Source: Planctomycetota bacterium (lineage in GTDB: Bacteria; Planctomycetota; Phycisphaerae; UBA1845). Taken from it: a stretch of DNA of 62,363 nt. The stretch lies in contig JAZDHF010000044.1 of assembly GCA_043806315.1 (NCBI GenBank), positions 1 to 62,363 of the forward strand, given 5' to 3'. Position numbers and translations under genes: made by a program. The notes under the pieces were generated by a model. It searched no databases. It saw only the letters and a list, made by a program, of their open reading frames with translations, and was not told where the DNA came from. This document shows positions 1 through 10,216 of the stretch, one piece after another. Within the stretch, counting starts at the first letter, position 1; each line of letters begins with the position of its first letter.

Positions 1-111
1 GCCTTGGAAAGGGAACGATTGTTGAGTACACTCTGTTTCCATCAGGCTGCTCCTCCGTGAACGGTAAACTCGTGTAGCTACAGGTGTTATCGCACAGAGA
101 GCAGCCTGTTT

Positions 112-711
112 CTATCCCCTCGGTGAGAAATGCGGGTTACGATCTTCGGCCTTCGTGGTGGACGCTTTCCACAGTCGAGGAAGATCGTGGGCCAACTCGC
201 AGGCGCGAGCCCGCTGCTGTGGCGTCACCGCCAACGCCTCCGAGGCTTGACGCTCGGCGTACTCCTGCCTGAGCTTCTCCACGTTCTCCAGGGCCCCGTT
301 CCAACAACGTTCGAGCGTGGCCGCCACCAGGCGGTTCGACGGATCGACCTCTTCGTAGCGTCGTTGGCGCAGCTGGGCTTCGTACTCGGCTCGTTGAAGC
401 CGCATCTGCCGTTGACGGTCGATCGCCTGGTCCTGCCGCTCCAATTCCTCCAAAGCCTTCAGGGCAATCTCAATTTGCGCCGGCTTGAGAACCTCCAGAA
501 CCCGCTCCGCGATCTGGGCTCCGGATACCCCCAAGTCCGCATCCAGAATCCGGATCCTCGTTGAGGGCCATCCCAGTTTTGCGGCCTTGTCCTTCAAGGC
601 GTACTGCCGTTCGGTGCTCTCGCTGTGATGCCGCACCTGGGCCATAGTCGATTGGCGGAGGTAGACATAGGCTGGCTTGGTTTGATGATGATTCTGAATC
701 TTGGGGTTCAC
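112..711 (-). pseudogene. Large serine recombinase, internally deleted remnant
   Basis: N-terminus AYVYLRQSTMAQV...ERQ...ILDADLGVSGAQ looks like the catalytic-Ser start of large serine recombinases. From about aa 66 it jumps directly to a coiled-coil/C-terminal tail (YEAQLRQRRYEEVDPSNRLVAATLE...DLPRLWKASTT) typical of the far C-terminus of that family. It is only 199 aa, so most of the catalytic, recombinase and zinc-ribbon parts are absent. Confidence 0.55.
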
Positions 712-964
712 GGCTGTCCTTCGGTATCGGCTTGGCTGCCGAATCGGCGCGGAGCAGCCCGGCGAGCATGTTGGCCACCAAGGCGCAAATCTGCCGGAGG
801 TCTACGGACGCGATGTGCGGCTCCATGCCGTTGGCATCCATGCCTGGTCTCTACAAGTCCTCTCTGCGGCGCAGGAGTTCCCGGTTGATCTGCGAGATCT
901 CTGCGATGATCTCCCGCACGAGACGTAAACTGGTATGCGTTCACGCTCCCGCCTTGGTCGCGTT

Positions 965-1066
965 CACCCCAGCAAGAAACGCATCGCGCGGGTGTGCGAA
1001 AGGATCAGCGCGATCACGGATCGACGACGGAGTGGTCTGGACCCGGATGAGGTGGTGGGCGAGCTC
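965..1066 (+). pseudogene. Possible group II intron RT/maturase fragment
   Basis: Frame of ORF 935..1138: HPSKKRIARVCERISAITDRRRSGLDPDEVVGELN resembles the segment of intron-encoded RT/maturases just before the conserved LN-x-LRGW-x-NYF motif. The match stops abruptly where the neighbouring gene ends. Weak, short match. Confidence 0.25.
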
Positions 1067-4000
1067 AACGCGCCGTCAGGCTCTTCGGACCGCGAAGCTC
1101 CAGCACGGGCGGCAACTTGGGCATCGGACGGTTTTTGAACTTCTCGTAGTTTTCCGTCTGCGCACTGGTTAGCTCAATCGGCTGGCCGTCGATGAACATG
1201 TGCGTCACCTGGGCCACGGTCTGGATCGGCGTATCCGTCGTGAGGATCAGGTCCGCCCGCTTGCCCGGTTCGATCGAGCCGACGCGATCGGCGATGCCCA
1301 GAATCTCCGCCGCTCCGAGCGTCAAGGCGTATTCGGCGCGCTCCCGCGGCAGACCGTGGGCGACGGCCATGCCCACGATGCTCCCGAGATCGAACGCGCC
1401 CGAGGCGCTCTCGCTGCCGAAACAGAACCGCACGCCGGCCCGGTCCAGCTCACTCGCGCAGCGATACACCGAGTCCCACGTCTCATACTCGCCGCGCGGA
1501 TAGCTCAACACCGTCCCCAAGATGACCGGGATGTCCTTTTGCTTGAGTACGTCGGCGAGCTTCCAGGCCTCCTCGCCGCCGCTGAGGACGCACGTGAGCT
1601 TGTGTTTCTCCGCGAATTCGAGGGTATCCAGAATGTGCTTGTAGCTCGCGGCCTCGAATACAACCGGCCTTTCGCCGCGCACATAGGGGATCATCGCCTC
1701 GAGGGCGAGGTCCACGTCGTAACGAATCTTGGCGTCCGTCGCGGCAAGCTGTTTCACCTCCGCGTAATGCTTGGCCCTGGCGATGTAATCCTCCAGTTGC
1801 TTGAGCGCCTTCTTGTGCTCGTCGGTTTGTTTCTTCTTGGCCTCTTTGTCCTCGGGAAGATGAACCGGCAGACTCGGCACGCTCATGTGCAAGCCGTAAG
1901 CGTCCACCACCAGCATTTCCGGGGCCGTCCAGCCGTCGAGGTGAATGACGGCGCTCTGTCCGCTGATGCGTCCGCCGGAGGGTCTCGCCAGCGCCGTGGT
2001 GATCCCCGCCGTGCGGGCAATGCGAATGTGCTCGCTGTGCGAATGCACCGCGCTGGCGGCCTTGAGCTGCGGATTGAAGGTGCCGATTTCACTGAAATCT
2101 CGCGTGGAACGAAGCGAGTCGATCTCGTTCAAACCGAGAATGCTGCTCGCGTCGATCAAACCCGGATAGACGTGCAATCCCGATCCGTCAATCACCCCCG
2201 CGCCGGGTGGAACCGTGGCGTCGGGGCCGACTGTCAGAATCTTGTCTTCCAAGATCACCACCGTGCCCTTGCCGATCACCGGGCCGCTGATGGGATGAAT
2301 CGTGGCACCCACGATGGCGTACGCTCGGTGCGGGGTCTGCGGGATCGTGCGATCCACGAACGCCGGACCGGCTTTCCAATCGGTCAGCGGTTCCACCGGA
2401 TCGGGCCGCGGGTCCTCGAAATAAACTTCCCCGTCGATCAGCGTCATCACGCACTTGCTGAAGGTGTTGAGCGGGTGGCCGTTGAAGATGGCCAGGTCGC
2501 CGTCCTTGCCGACCTCGACGCTGCCGACCCGATTATCGACCTGCAACTGCATGGCCGGGTTGAGCGTCACCAAGCGTAGGGCCTGGTTTTCGTCCAACCC
2601 GCCCCATTTGGCGCACTTGGCCGCTTCCTGGTTCAAGAAGCGAATTGTGTTCGGCGAGTCGGAGTTGACCGAGCTGACCACGCCGCGTTGAGTCATCAGG
2701 GCCGCATTGTGCGGAATCGCGCCGTAGGCTTCGACTTTGTACGCCCAGTCGTTCGCAAAGGTGGACGCGCCGCAACCGTGCCGGGCGAGTTCGGGCGCGA
2801 CGCGGTACCCTTCCAGCACGTGGTGCAGCGTTCCGATGCGGATGCCGTACTCCTCGGCGACCGCGAGCAGCCTCAGGATCTCCTCCGAGCGGTAGCAATG
2901 GCTATGGACGGTGATCTTGCCGGAGAGCACGTCGGCCAAGGCTTCGAGCCGCAGGTCCTTCCGCGGCGGGGGTAGGTCCTGACCCGATTGCGATTGCCGG
3001 TTGTAGTCGTCCCACTCCCCTTGATACTTCTTCGCGGCTTCGAAGGCGGTGCGGATCGTCGCCTCGACGCCCATCCGCGTGTTGGGATAGCGCTTTCCGA
3101 AGTTCTCGAAGAAATTGGCCTGCGTGACGTTCTCGCCAAGGGCGAACTTGATGGTCCGCGGGGCGTCGGCGATCACCATTTCCGCGACCGGCCGCTCGTA
3201 CTTGAGCTTGAAGACGATATTCTGCCCGCCGATGGGATTGGCCGATCCGTGCATCGCGAGGTGCGTCGTCGCGCCGCCCGCAAGCGCGCGGTACATGCCG
3301 ATGTCGTGCGGATCGATGGTGTCGGCGACGCGCACTTCCGCACTGATCGCCAACGTCCCTTCGTTCACTCCGTCGATCGCCAAGTGCGAGTGCGGATCGA
3401 CGATCCCGGGCATGACGAATCGTCCCGCGGCGTCGATGACGGTTACACCCGTCGGGGCCGCCACGTCGGTCCCGACGGCCGCGATCTTCCCGTTGCGGAT
3501 CAACACCGACCCGTTCGGAATCGTCGGACCCGACACAGGTATGATCGTCGCGTTCTTCACCAGCACGCTGCCGCCGGTCTTCGTTTTCGGAATCCGATCG
3601 TCCTTGAGTTCGACGGTCCAGGTCGGCCCCTTGTCCTCTTTCTCGTCGGCGATAGTGACCCCGCCGGATTTGCCGCTCTCGCCCTCGTCAGCTTTTCGAT
3701 CCTTGTCTCCCTTCTCCTTCTCGTCCTCGGCTTCGATCTCGATCTTCTTGCCGTCGATGAAAACGAACTTCACCTTGCCGGCCTTATCCGACAGTGGCTT
3801 GGTCATCACCGTCACGTTGGCGACGTAACCGGGTGCGATCGCGCCGAGTTGGCCCTTCATGCCCAGTATTTCCGCCGCGTTCGTCATAAGCGCCGCAATC
3901 GCCGCCTCCTCCGGCAGGCCTTTTTCAATCACCATCCGCAGGCTGTCCATGAACTCTGATACTTTCTTGAACGGACGAGTGGTAAACGCAAACGGCACGC

Positions 4001-5234
4001 CGGCCTCATGCAGGCGAATCACGTTGGCCACTTGTTCTTCCCAGAGCCGGCGTTGTTCCTTGCGAAGCCTCAGGGGTTCGTAAATCTTCTCTTCTTTCTC
4101 TTCCTTTTTGGATTCCTTCGCCTCGGCGCCTTCCTTCGACTCAGCCGCGGCCTCCGCCGAGTCGGGCGCTTTGGCGTCGGGCTTCTTGACCTCCGATTTG
4201 GGCTTCTTTTTGCCGAACTCCGGCTCCTCGTCGAACTTGAGGCTGACGACGACCGGCACTCGATCGCCCTTGAGGCGATCAACCACTTTCCACGCCTCCT
4301 TCGCTCCGGTGATCGCCACGTCAAGCTTGAACTCGGCGGTCAGGTTCAAGGCGCGGAGGATTTCGTTGTCCGTGTTGGCCTCAAAGAAGATGCGCTGCGA
4401 CCTCCCCAGCATCGGCTGGAGCGCATCCAGGGCGGCGTCGGTCGGCGGCCGCGTCCCATTCGTCGGATGACGCTCGAAATACTTTTGCAACTTTGCATGT
4501 CGGCGGGCATCGAGAAGAACCTGCCGGAACTGGGCGAACGCGCCGAGGATGGTCTCTGGATACTCGCCCGGCTCGCCGATGGTGAACGACCCGTGTTGGG
4601 CCACGTCGGAACGGAGCACGGCACGGCGGATCGGATCGTTTGAGAGACTCACCAGGTCGCTGCTTCCGCCGAGAAGGCCGTCGCGCGGGGCGACGAGAGC
4701 GGCGGCAAATCCGACGGCGCGACGGGCCTCGCGCTGCTTGTCGTCCGGAACATACTGCTCGATGGCCCGGATTTGCGGGCGGATGCCTCGGCGGTCCGCA
4801 AAACGGGTGGCCGGCAGCGGCCCCTCGCGCGGGTCGGGATTGAGGTCCTCCGTTCGTTCGCGTTCTTCCTTGGTCCGCTCCTTTTCGGGGATGCCGAGGT
4901 TGGTGTGGGCGTCGAGGAACCCCGGGTAGGCGATAAGGCCGGACCCGTCGATGCGTTCGGCCTCCGGCGGGATGCCGACGTCGGTCCCGACGGCGACGAT
5001 GCGACCCTCAAGCATGACAATCGTGCCCGACTCGATCGTCGCACCGGTCCCCGTGACGATCTTCACGCCCGTGAGTGCGATGGGCGTCTCAAAGTCCGCC
5101 CGGACCGAATGGTCGGTGAGCCCGACTGATCCTTCGAGGCTCAGGACAAGAGCCAGGAGTACAAAGAGGCCGCGGACCGACCGGCTGTTACGTCCGTTTT
5201 CCACGGTTCCTTCGAGCCTCAGGACAAGCGTCAT
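1065..5234 (-). CDS. Secreted multi-module amidohydrolase-family protein (three tandem amidohydrolase-like modules)
   Basis: 1400-aa ORF. It has three repeats of the PG(F/I/L)(L/V/I)D-x-H/S... amidohydrolase entry motif: PGFLDAHTNLG, PGIVDPHSHLAIDG (canonical HxH) and PGLIDASSILG. There is a hydrophobic signal-like N-terminus (GLFVLLALVLSL) and K/E-rich linkers. The start is ambiguous (5234 ATG versus 5267). Confidence 0.85.
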   Translation of the reverse strand: MTLVLRLEGTVENGRNSRSVRGLFVLLALVLSLEGSVGLTDHSVRADFETPIALTGVKIVTGTGATIESGTIVMLEGRIVAVGTDVGIPPEAERIDGSGLIAYPGFLDAHTNLGIPEKERTKEERERTEDLNPDPREGPLPATRFADRRGIRPQIRAIEQYVPDDKQREARRAVGFAAALVAPRDGLLGGSSDLVSLSNDPIRRAVLRSDVAQHGSFTIGEPGEYPETILGAFAQFRQVLLDARRHAKLQKYFERHPTNGTRPPTDAALDALQPMLGRSQRIFFEANTDNEILRALNLTAEFKLDVAITGAKEAWKVVDRLKGDRVPVVVSLKFDEEPEFGKKKPKSEVKKPDAKAPDSAEAAAESKEGAEAKESKKEEKEEKIYEPLRLRKEQRRLWEEQVANVIRLHEAGVPFAFTTRPFKKVSEFMDSLRMVIEKGLPEEAAIAALMTNAAEILGMKGQLGAIAPGYVANVTVMTKPLSDKAGKVKFVFIDGKKIEIEAEDEKEKGDKDRKADEGESGKSGGVTIADEKEDKGPTWTVELKDDRIPKTKTGGSVLVKNATIIPVSGPTIPNGSVLIRNGKIAAVGTDVAAPTGVTVIDAAGRFVMPGIVDPHSHLAIDGVNEGTLAISAEVRVADTIDPHDIGMYRALAGGATTHLAMHGSANPIGGQNIVFKLKYERPVAEMVIADAPRTIKFALGENVTQANFFENFGKRYPNTRMGVEATIRTAFEAAKKYQGEWDDYNRQSQSGQDLPPPRKDLRLEALADVLSGKITVHSHCYRSEEILRLLAVAEEYGIRIGTLHHVLEGYRVAPELARHGCGASTFANDWAYKVEAYGAIPHNAALMTQRGVVSSVNSDSPNTIRFLNQEAAKCAKWGGLDENQALRLVTLNPAMQLQVDNRVGSVEVGKDGDLAIFNGHPLNTFSKCVMTLIDGEVYFEDPRPDPVEPLTDWKAGPAFVDRTIPQTPHRAYAIVGATIHPISGPVIGKGTVVILEDKILTVGPDATVPPGAGVIDGSGLHVYPGLIDASSILGLNEIDSLRSTRDFSEIGTFNPQLKAASAVHSHSEHIRIARTAGITTALARPSGGRISGQSAVIHLDGWTAPEMLVVDAYGLHMSVPSLPVHLPEDKEAKKKQTDEHKKALKQLEDYIARAKHYAEVKQLAATDAKIRYDVDLALEAMIPYVRGERPVVFEAASYKHILDTLEFAEKHKLTCVLSGGEEAWKLADVLKQKDIPVILGTVLSYPRGEYETWDSVYRCASELDRAGVRFCFGSESASGAFDLGSIVGMAVAHGLPRERAEYALTLGAAEILGIADRVGSIEPGKRADLILTTDTPIQTVAQVTHMFIDGQPIELTSAQTENYEKFKNRPMPKLPPVLELRGPKSLTAR

Positions 5235-5380
5235 CCTTCTATGAATGGGCGCGTACGCGAGAAACAACCACCCGGTACGTAAAAGGCAAGGCGTGCGGCG
5301 ACCGACCGCGTCCTAGGCCGAGCAGTGTAAGGACTGCCCCACGCCGTGTCGATAACCGATCCTTCGCCGCTCAGGACAAG
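5130..5380. repeat. Three copies of a ~21-nt motif TCCTTCG(A/C)(G/C)NCTCAGGACAAG
   Basis: Copies at about 5130-5150, 5208-5228 and 5360-5380. The first two lie inside the 5' coding end of the amidohydrolase ORF, giving LSLEG and LRLEG. The same motif recurs at 45.6-45.9 kb. Confidence 0.7.
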
Positions 5381-5490
5381 GCGGGAAGCCCAATCCGACT
5401 ACGGACGGGACAAGTCGGGGACGCTGTGTTAGAACTTGTCAACAACGCGGCTCGTGGAAGTCGCGAACGGACGGAGCGCAGGATTGTTTT

Positions 5491-5595
5491 GTCATTCTGA
5501 GCGAAGCGTTTGTCATTCTGAGCGAAGCGAAGCATCTAGAAGCGTAAGAAGATTCTTCGCTGCGCTCAGAATGACATCGCTGCGCTCAGGGTGAC
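5491..5595. repeat. Double inverted repeat of GTCATTCTGAGCGAAGCG
   Basis: Two direct copies (5491-5508, 5512-5529) face two inverted copies CGCTGCGCTCAG(A/G)(A/G)TGAC (about 5555-5575, 5578-5595). The element sits in the divergent intergenic region between the amidohydrolase and epimerase genes. Confidence 0.8.
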
Positions 5596-5610
5596 GGCTT
5601 TCGGGGCGAC

Positions 5611-6567
5611 ATGGCCGACATCTTGGTAACCGGCGGAGCGGGATTCATCGGATCGCACCTGGCGACGCGTTTTGTCGAGCTCGGCCACCGGGTCCGCGTC
5701 TTCGACAATTTCTCGACGGGACACCGATCCAACCTGTCACACCTGGGCGGGCAGGTCGAATTGATCGAGGCGGACTTGCGCGATGCGGCGGCGTGCTTGA
5801 AAGCATGCGAGGGGATCGAGTTCGTCTTCCATGAAGCCGCGCTTGGGTCCGTACCCAAGTCCGTCGAGGACCCGCAGACCAGCCATGACGTAAACATCAA
5901 CGGGACGTTCAACATTCTTCGGGCCGCGGTAGGACAAAAAGTCCGCCGCTTCATCTACGCGGGGAGCAGTTCGGCCTATGGCGACACGGACGAATCGCCC
6001 AAGCATGAAGGAATGCGCCCGCGACCGCTGAGCCCCTACGCCGTGCAGAAGCTCACCGGCGAGGAGTACGCCCGGGCGTTTCATGTTTGTTACGGGTTGG
6101 AAACGATCACGCTGCGATATTTCAACGTGTTCGGGCCGAGGCAGGATCCTAAGAGCCAATACGCGGCGGCGATCCCCGCCTTCGTCAGTGCGATATTGCA
6201 CGGACAAGCGCCCACCGTATATGGCGATGGCGAGCAGTCGCGGGACTTCACCTATATCGACAACGTGGTCGACGGGAACGTCCTCGCGATGTCCGCGAAG
6301 CTTGTCCCGAGTCTCGAAGGAAAGGCGTGCGGCGAGGTGGTGAACGTCGCGTGCGGCGGGCAGATCACCGTGAACCAGGTGATCGCGGCCATCAACAAGG
6401 CGCTGGGGACCAACATCCGACCGCGATACGTCGATCCACGACCCGGCGACGTGCGACATTCGTGCGCCGATGTGCGTTTGGCAACGACGCTTCTGGGATA
6501 CGTCCCGAAGGTGTCCTTCGAGGACGGTCTGGGCCGCGCGATCGACTACTACCGCTCGATCGCATGA
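5611..6567 (+). CDS. NAD-dependent epimerase/dehydratase (UDP-sugar 4-epimerase-like, extended SDR)
   Basis: N-terminal Rossmann motif ILVTGGAGFIGSHL, a catalytic YxxxK in SPYAVQKLTGEEY, and AGSSSAYGD. Length is 318 aa. Confidence 0.85.
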   Translation: MADILVTGGAGFIGSHLATRFVELGHRVRVFDNFSTGHRSNLSHLGGQVELIEADLRDAAACLKACEGIEFVFHEAALGSVPKSVEDPQTSHDVNINGTFNILRAAVGQKVRRFIYAGSSSAYGDTDESPKHEGMRPRPLSPYAVQKLTGEEYARAFHVCYGLETITLRYFNVFGPRQDPKSQYAAAIPAFVSAILHGQAPTVYGDGEQSRDFTYIDNVVDGNVLAMSAKLVPSLEGKACGEVVNVACGGQITVNQVIAAINKALGTNIRPRYVDPRPGDVRHSCADVRLATTLLGYVPKVSFEDGLGRAIDYYRSIA

Positions 6568-7727
6568 CCGCCGATGGCCAACCCGTTCCGCCGCCGCAAC
6601 CACCGCGGCCGCAGCGGCATGGGGACCCCATGTTGGAAACTCGATGCTTTCGGATTCTCGACGCCAACTTCAACCGAGCCCGCGAGGCCCTGCGGGTCAT
6701 GGAGGAGTACGCCCGCTTCGTGCTCGACGACGCGGGGTTGACGGCGGCCATCAAGGAAGCACGGCACGCCCTGACGCATGAGGTCGAGGAGATGGTCGCG
6801 CGAGTTCAAGCCGGCGGCTCGGTCATCGCCCACCGGGACATCATCGGCGATGTAGGGCGGGAGATCGCGACCCGAAGTGAGTATGAGCGCACGGATGCGG
6901 CGGCGGTCGCCGTCGCGGCCGGTAAGCGGCTGAGCGAAGCCTTGCGGGCGATCGAGGAGTACGGCAAGGTCCTCGATCCGACTCTCGCCGCGACGATCGA
7001 GAAGATCCGGTACCGGGGCTACGAGCTTGAGCGGCGATTGACCCTCGCCACCCAGGCCCGGCAACGCTTCGGGCAGGTGCGGCTGTACGTGGTCGTGACC
7101 GAGGAGCTATGTCGCGGAGATTGGTTCGAGACCGCCCGGGCGGCGCTTCGCGGTGGGGCCGATTGTCTACAGCTTCGTGAGAAGAGGCTGCTCGACCGGG
7201 AGTTGCTCGAACGGGCCAAACGGTTAAACGCCTTGTGTCGAGAGCATGAGGCCATGTTCATCGTCAACGATCGGCCTGACATCGCCGTGGCGAGCGGCGC
7301 ACACGGCGTGCACCTGGGGCAGGAGGACCTGCCGGTGGCCGCGGTGCGACGGACGGTGCGGGCGTCGTGTATCGTCGGCGTGAGCACGCATACGATCGAG
7401 CAAGTGTGCGCTGCGGCGGATCAGGCCCCCGACTACATCGCCGTCGGGCCGATGTTCGAGTCGCCGACCAAACCGCAAACGCACATCGCCGGGCCGGCGA
7501 CGCTCGCGGCGGCGCGGGCCCAGACCGCGTTGCCGCTGGTCGCCATCGGGGGAATTACGGCGGAGAACGCGACGACGGTTCTCGCCGCTGCCCCGTGTTG
7601 CCTCTGCGTTTGCCAGGCGGTGATCGCCCAGCCGGACGTGACCGCGGCCGCGCATTGCCTGCGGGACGTCATGGATCGCGCGGGGGAAGCGGCCGACGGT
7701 CCCTCCGCGAAAGAAAAGCGGACGTAA
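6564..7727 (+). CDS. thiE: Thiamine-phosphate synthase with N-terminal ThiD2-like domain
   Basis: RILDANFNRAREALRVMEEYARF (ThiD2-like) is followed by a ThiE-like core (LYVVVTEEL...LQLREK...FIVNDR...GVHLGQEDL...VGVSTH...YIAVGPMF...IGGI). The ATG at 6564 overlaps the epimerase stop (ATGA). The longer 6327 start is an artefact of the open upstream frame. Confidence 0.8.
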   Translation: MTADGQPVPPPQPPRPQRHGDPMLETRCFRILDANFNRAREALRVMEEYARFVLDDAGLTAAIKEARHALTHEVEEMVARVQAGGSVIAHRDIIGDVGREIATRSEYERTDAAAVAVAAGKRLSEALRAIEEYGKVLDPTLAATIEKIRYRGYELERRLTLATQARQRFGQVRLYVVVTEELCRGDWFETARAALRGGADCLQLREKRLLDRELLERAKRLNALCREHEAMFIVNDRPDIAVASGAHGVHLGQEDLPVAAVRRTVRASCIVGVSTHTIEQVCAAADQAPDYIAVGPMFESPTKPQTHIAGPATLAAARAQTALPLVAIGGITAENATTVLAAAPCCLCVCQAVIAQPDVTAAAHCLRDVMDRAGEAADGPSAKEKRT

Positions 7728-8071
7728 CCCGCGGATGGGTCATCACAATTCCAACAGGGTTCCGGCCTCGCGGTCGATATCCATAGGAAGCCGTCGACAA
7801 AGTCGCGGTCTGCGCCGATATTTCGCGCAGGACGAGTCGCCGGTCGGAATCGGGCGCCGGTGCAGCATTGACTCGACACGGATGCGGTCCTAACATTGAC
7901 TGAGTTATCGGAAGCGGCTTTGACGGTGCCGGTCGACGCCAGTGGACTTGCGTGTCGGCGATCGGACAGGCGCGCTGAGATCCATCGCACGCACGTCCCG
8001 ACGACACGATTGTAACCGACCGGACTTTGGGCAGAAGGTGGAGTCCGAGCTCCGCATGGAGAACTGCGGTC

Positions 8072-10138
8072 ATGGGAAACGCGGCTGACATTGTTTCCGT
8101 CGTCGAACAGCATTTGAACCCCAATCGGTTTCGGGAGCAGCATTGGGAAGGCGCGTTCTCGGACTACCTGGAGTTGGTGGCGGCCAACCCGCGCGTGGCG
8201 CGCAACGCTTTCCAGCGCATCTATGACATGATCATGTACTTCGGGTGCAAGCGTTATACGTCCCTGCGCCAGGAGTTGCAGCGCTACAACTTCTTCTCCG
8301 ATCCGATCGACAACGGCGCCGACGCGATCTACGGACTGGACCGGGCACTGATGAACCTGGTCGACTTCTTCAAGTCGGCGTCGCACCAGTATGGCACGGA
8401 GCGACGGATCCTCCTGCTGCACGGCCCGGTCGGGTCGTCGAAGAGCACCATTGCGCGACTGCTGAAGAAGGGACTCGAATACTACTCCAAGCTCGACGAG
8501 GGCGCACTGTACACGTTCGCGTGGCATATTCCCGATGAACATGGAAAGACAATGGTTCATACGTGCCCGATGCACGAGGAACCGCTGAAGCTCATTCCTC
8601 CCGAAGCCCGCAGGGCCGTCCTGGCGAAAATCAACCAGGAACTCGATGAGGGCTCGCAACTGCGGATCGACGGCTCGCTCGACCCGTTCTGCCGGCGGAT
8701 GTTCGAGGACCTGTTGGTCCGCAACGACGGCGACTGGCGGAAAGTCATGGAGCACATCCGGGTACGGCGACTGATCCTGAGCGAAAAAGACCGCGTGGGC
8801 ATCGGGACCTTCCAACCCAAGGACGAAAAAAACCAGGATTCGACCGAACTGACCGGCGACATCAACTATCGCAAGATCGCTGAATACGGCAGCGACAGCG
8901 ACCCGCGGGCGTTCAACTTCGACGGCGAACTGAATATCGCCAACCGCGGGATGGTGGAGTTCATCGAAGTGCTCAAGCTGGACGTGGCCTTCCTCTATGA
9001 TTTACTGGGAGCGTCGCAGGAACACGTCATCAAGCCCAAGAAGTTCGCTCAGACGCATATCGACGAGGTCATTGTGGGGCATACCAACGAACCCGAGTAC
9101 AAGAAACTGCAGTCCAATGAACTGATGGAAGCCTTCCGCGACCGAACCATCAAGATCGACATTCCCTACAACATTCGTCTGGACGACGAGATCGCGATTT
9201 ATCACAAGGACTTCAACAAGGAGCGCATTCGTGGGATCCACATCGCCCCGCACACCATCGAGATGGCCGCGATGTGGGCGGTGCTCACCCGTCTTGAAGA
9301 ACCGAAAAAAGCCGGTCTGACGTTGATGCAGAAACTCAAGCTCTACAACGGCAAGAGCATTCCCAATTTCACCGAAGACTCGGTGCGCGAACTGCGCGAC
9401 GAGGCCCCGCGAGAGGGAATGCAGGGCATCAGCCCGCGATACATCCAGGACAAGCTCTCCAATTCTCTGGTCAGCGACCAGGCCATTCAGGAGAAGTGCA
9501 TCAACCCGTTTATGGTAATGAACGAGCTGGAGGCCGGGATGGCCCACCACAGCCTTATTACCGATGAGGAACTGAAGAACCGTTATCGGGAACTCCTCGC
9601 GTTGGTCCGAGAAGAGTATGAGGATATCCTCAAATCGGAGGTCCAACGAGCCATCAGCGCCGACGAGGATGCCGTCACGCGGTTGTGCTCCAACTACATC
9701 GAGAACGTTCGCGCCTATACTCAGCATGAACGCGTGCGCAATCGGTACACCGGCAAGGACGAGAACCCCGACGAGCGGCTCATGCGCTCCATCGAGGAGA
9801 AAATCGATATTCCCGAAAGCCGGAAGGATGATTTCCGACAGGAAATCATGAACTACATCGGGTCGCTGGCGTTGGACGGAAAGAAGTTCGAATACAGCAC
9901 CAACGCCCGGCTGCATAAGGCGTTGGAGTTGAAGCTGTTTGAGGACCAGCGCGATACGATCAAGCTCAAGAACGTCGTGTCGGGGGTGGTGGATGACGAG
10001 ACGCAAGCGAAGATCGACGTCGTGAAGCAGCGGCTCATCAAGTACTTTGGATACAATGAGACCAGTGCGACGGACGTCCTCAACTACGTGGCCAGCATCT
10101 TCGCCCGCGGGGATGCGAAGGAGGAGAAGAAGAAATAA
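8072..10138 (+). CDS. prkA: PrkA-family serine protein kinase (YeaG-like AAA protein)
   Basis: Typical PrkA/YeaG N-terminus and P-loop ([13 protein letters not shown]). About 690 aa, followed by yeaH-like and spoVR-like genes in the conserved order. Confidence 0.9.
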   Translation: MGNAADIVSVVEQHLNPNRFREQHWEGAFSDYLELVAANPRVARNAFQRIYDMIMYFGCKRYTSLRQELQRYNFFSDPIDNGADAIYGLDRALMNLVDFFKSASHQYGTERRILLLHGPVGSSKSTIARLLKKGLEYYSKLDEGALYTFAWHIPDEHGKTMVHTCPMHEEPLKLIPPEARRAVLAKINQELDEGSQLRIDGSLDPFCRRMFEDLLVRNDGDWRKVMEHIRVRRLILSEKDRVGIGTFQPKDEKNQDSTELTGDINYRKIAEYGSDSDPRAFNFDGELNIANRGMVEFIEVLKLDVAFLYDLLGASQEHVIKPKKFAQTHIDEVIVGHTNEPEYKKLQSNELMEAFRDRTIKIDIPYNIRLDDEIAIYHKDFNKERIRGIHIAPHTIEMAAMWAVLTRLEEPKKAGLTLMQKLKLYNGKSIPNFTEDSVRELRDEAPREGMQGISPRYIQDKLSNSLVSDQAIQEKCINPFMVMNELEAGMAHHSLITDEELKNRYRELLALVREEYEDILKSEVQRAISADEDAVTRLCSNYIENVRAYTQHERVRNRYTGKDENPDERLMRSIEEKIDIPESRKDDFRQEIMNYIGSLALDGKKFEYSTNARLHKALELKLFEDQRDTIKLKNVVSGVVDDETQAKIDVVKQRLIKYFGYNETSATDVLNYVASIFARGDAKEEKKK

Positions 10139-10216
10139 CGTGTCGATGGGGCGAAGGGCAGCGACGTCCGTCCGTCGGGTGACGCCCGCGGATTACGATC
10201 CGTGGGTGGGTGGGTT

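Noticed and set aside
6327-6563. N-terminal extension of the thiE ORF (start at 6327)
   Set aside because: The extension is the out-of-frame overlap with the 3' end of the epimerase gene and is Arg-rich. The ATG at 6564 gives the classic ATGA stop-start overlap and a sensible N-terminus.
7433-8815. 460-aa ORF on the minus strand overlapping the thiE end, the intergenic region and prkA
   Set aside because: It lies antisense to the strongly supported prkA and has no recognisable motifs. Its composition is Arg/Ala/Val/Gly-rich, as is typical of stop-free antisense frames in GC-rich DNA.
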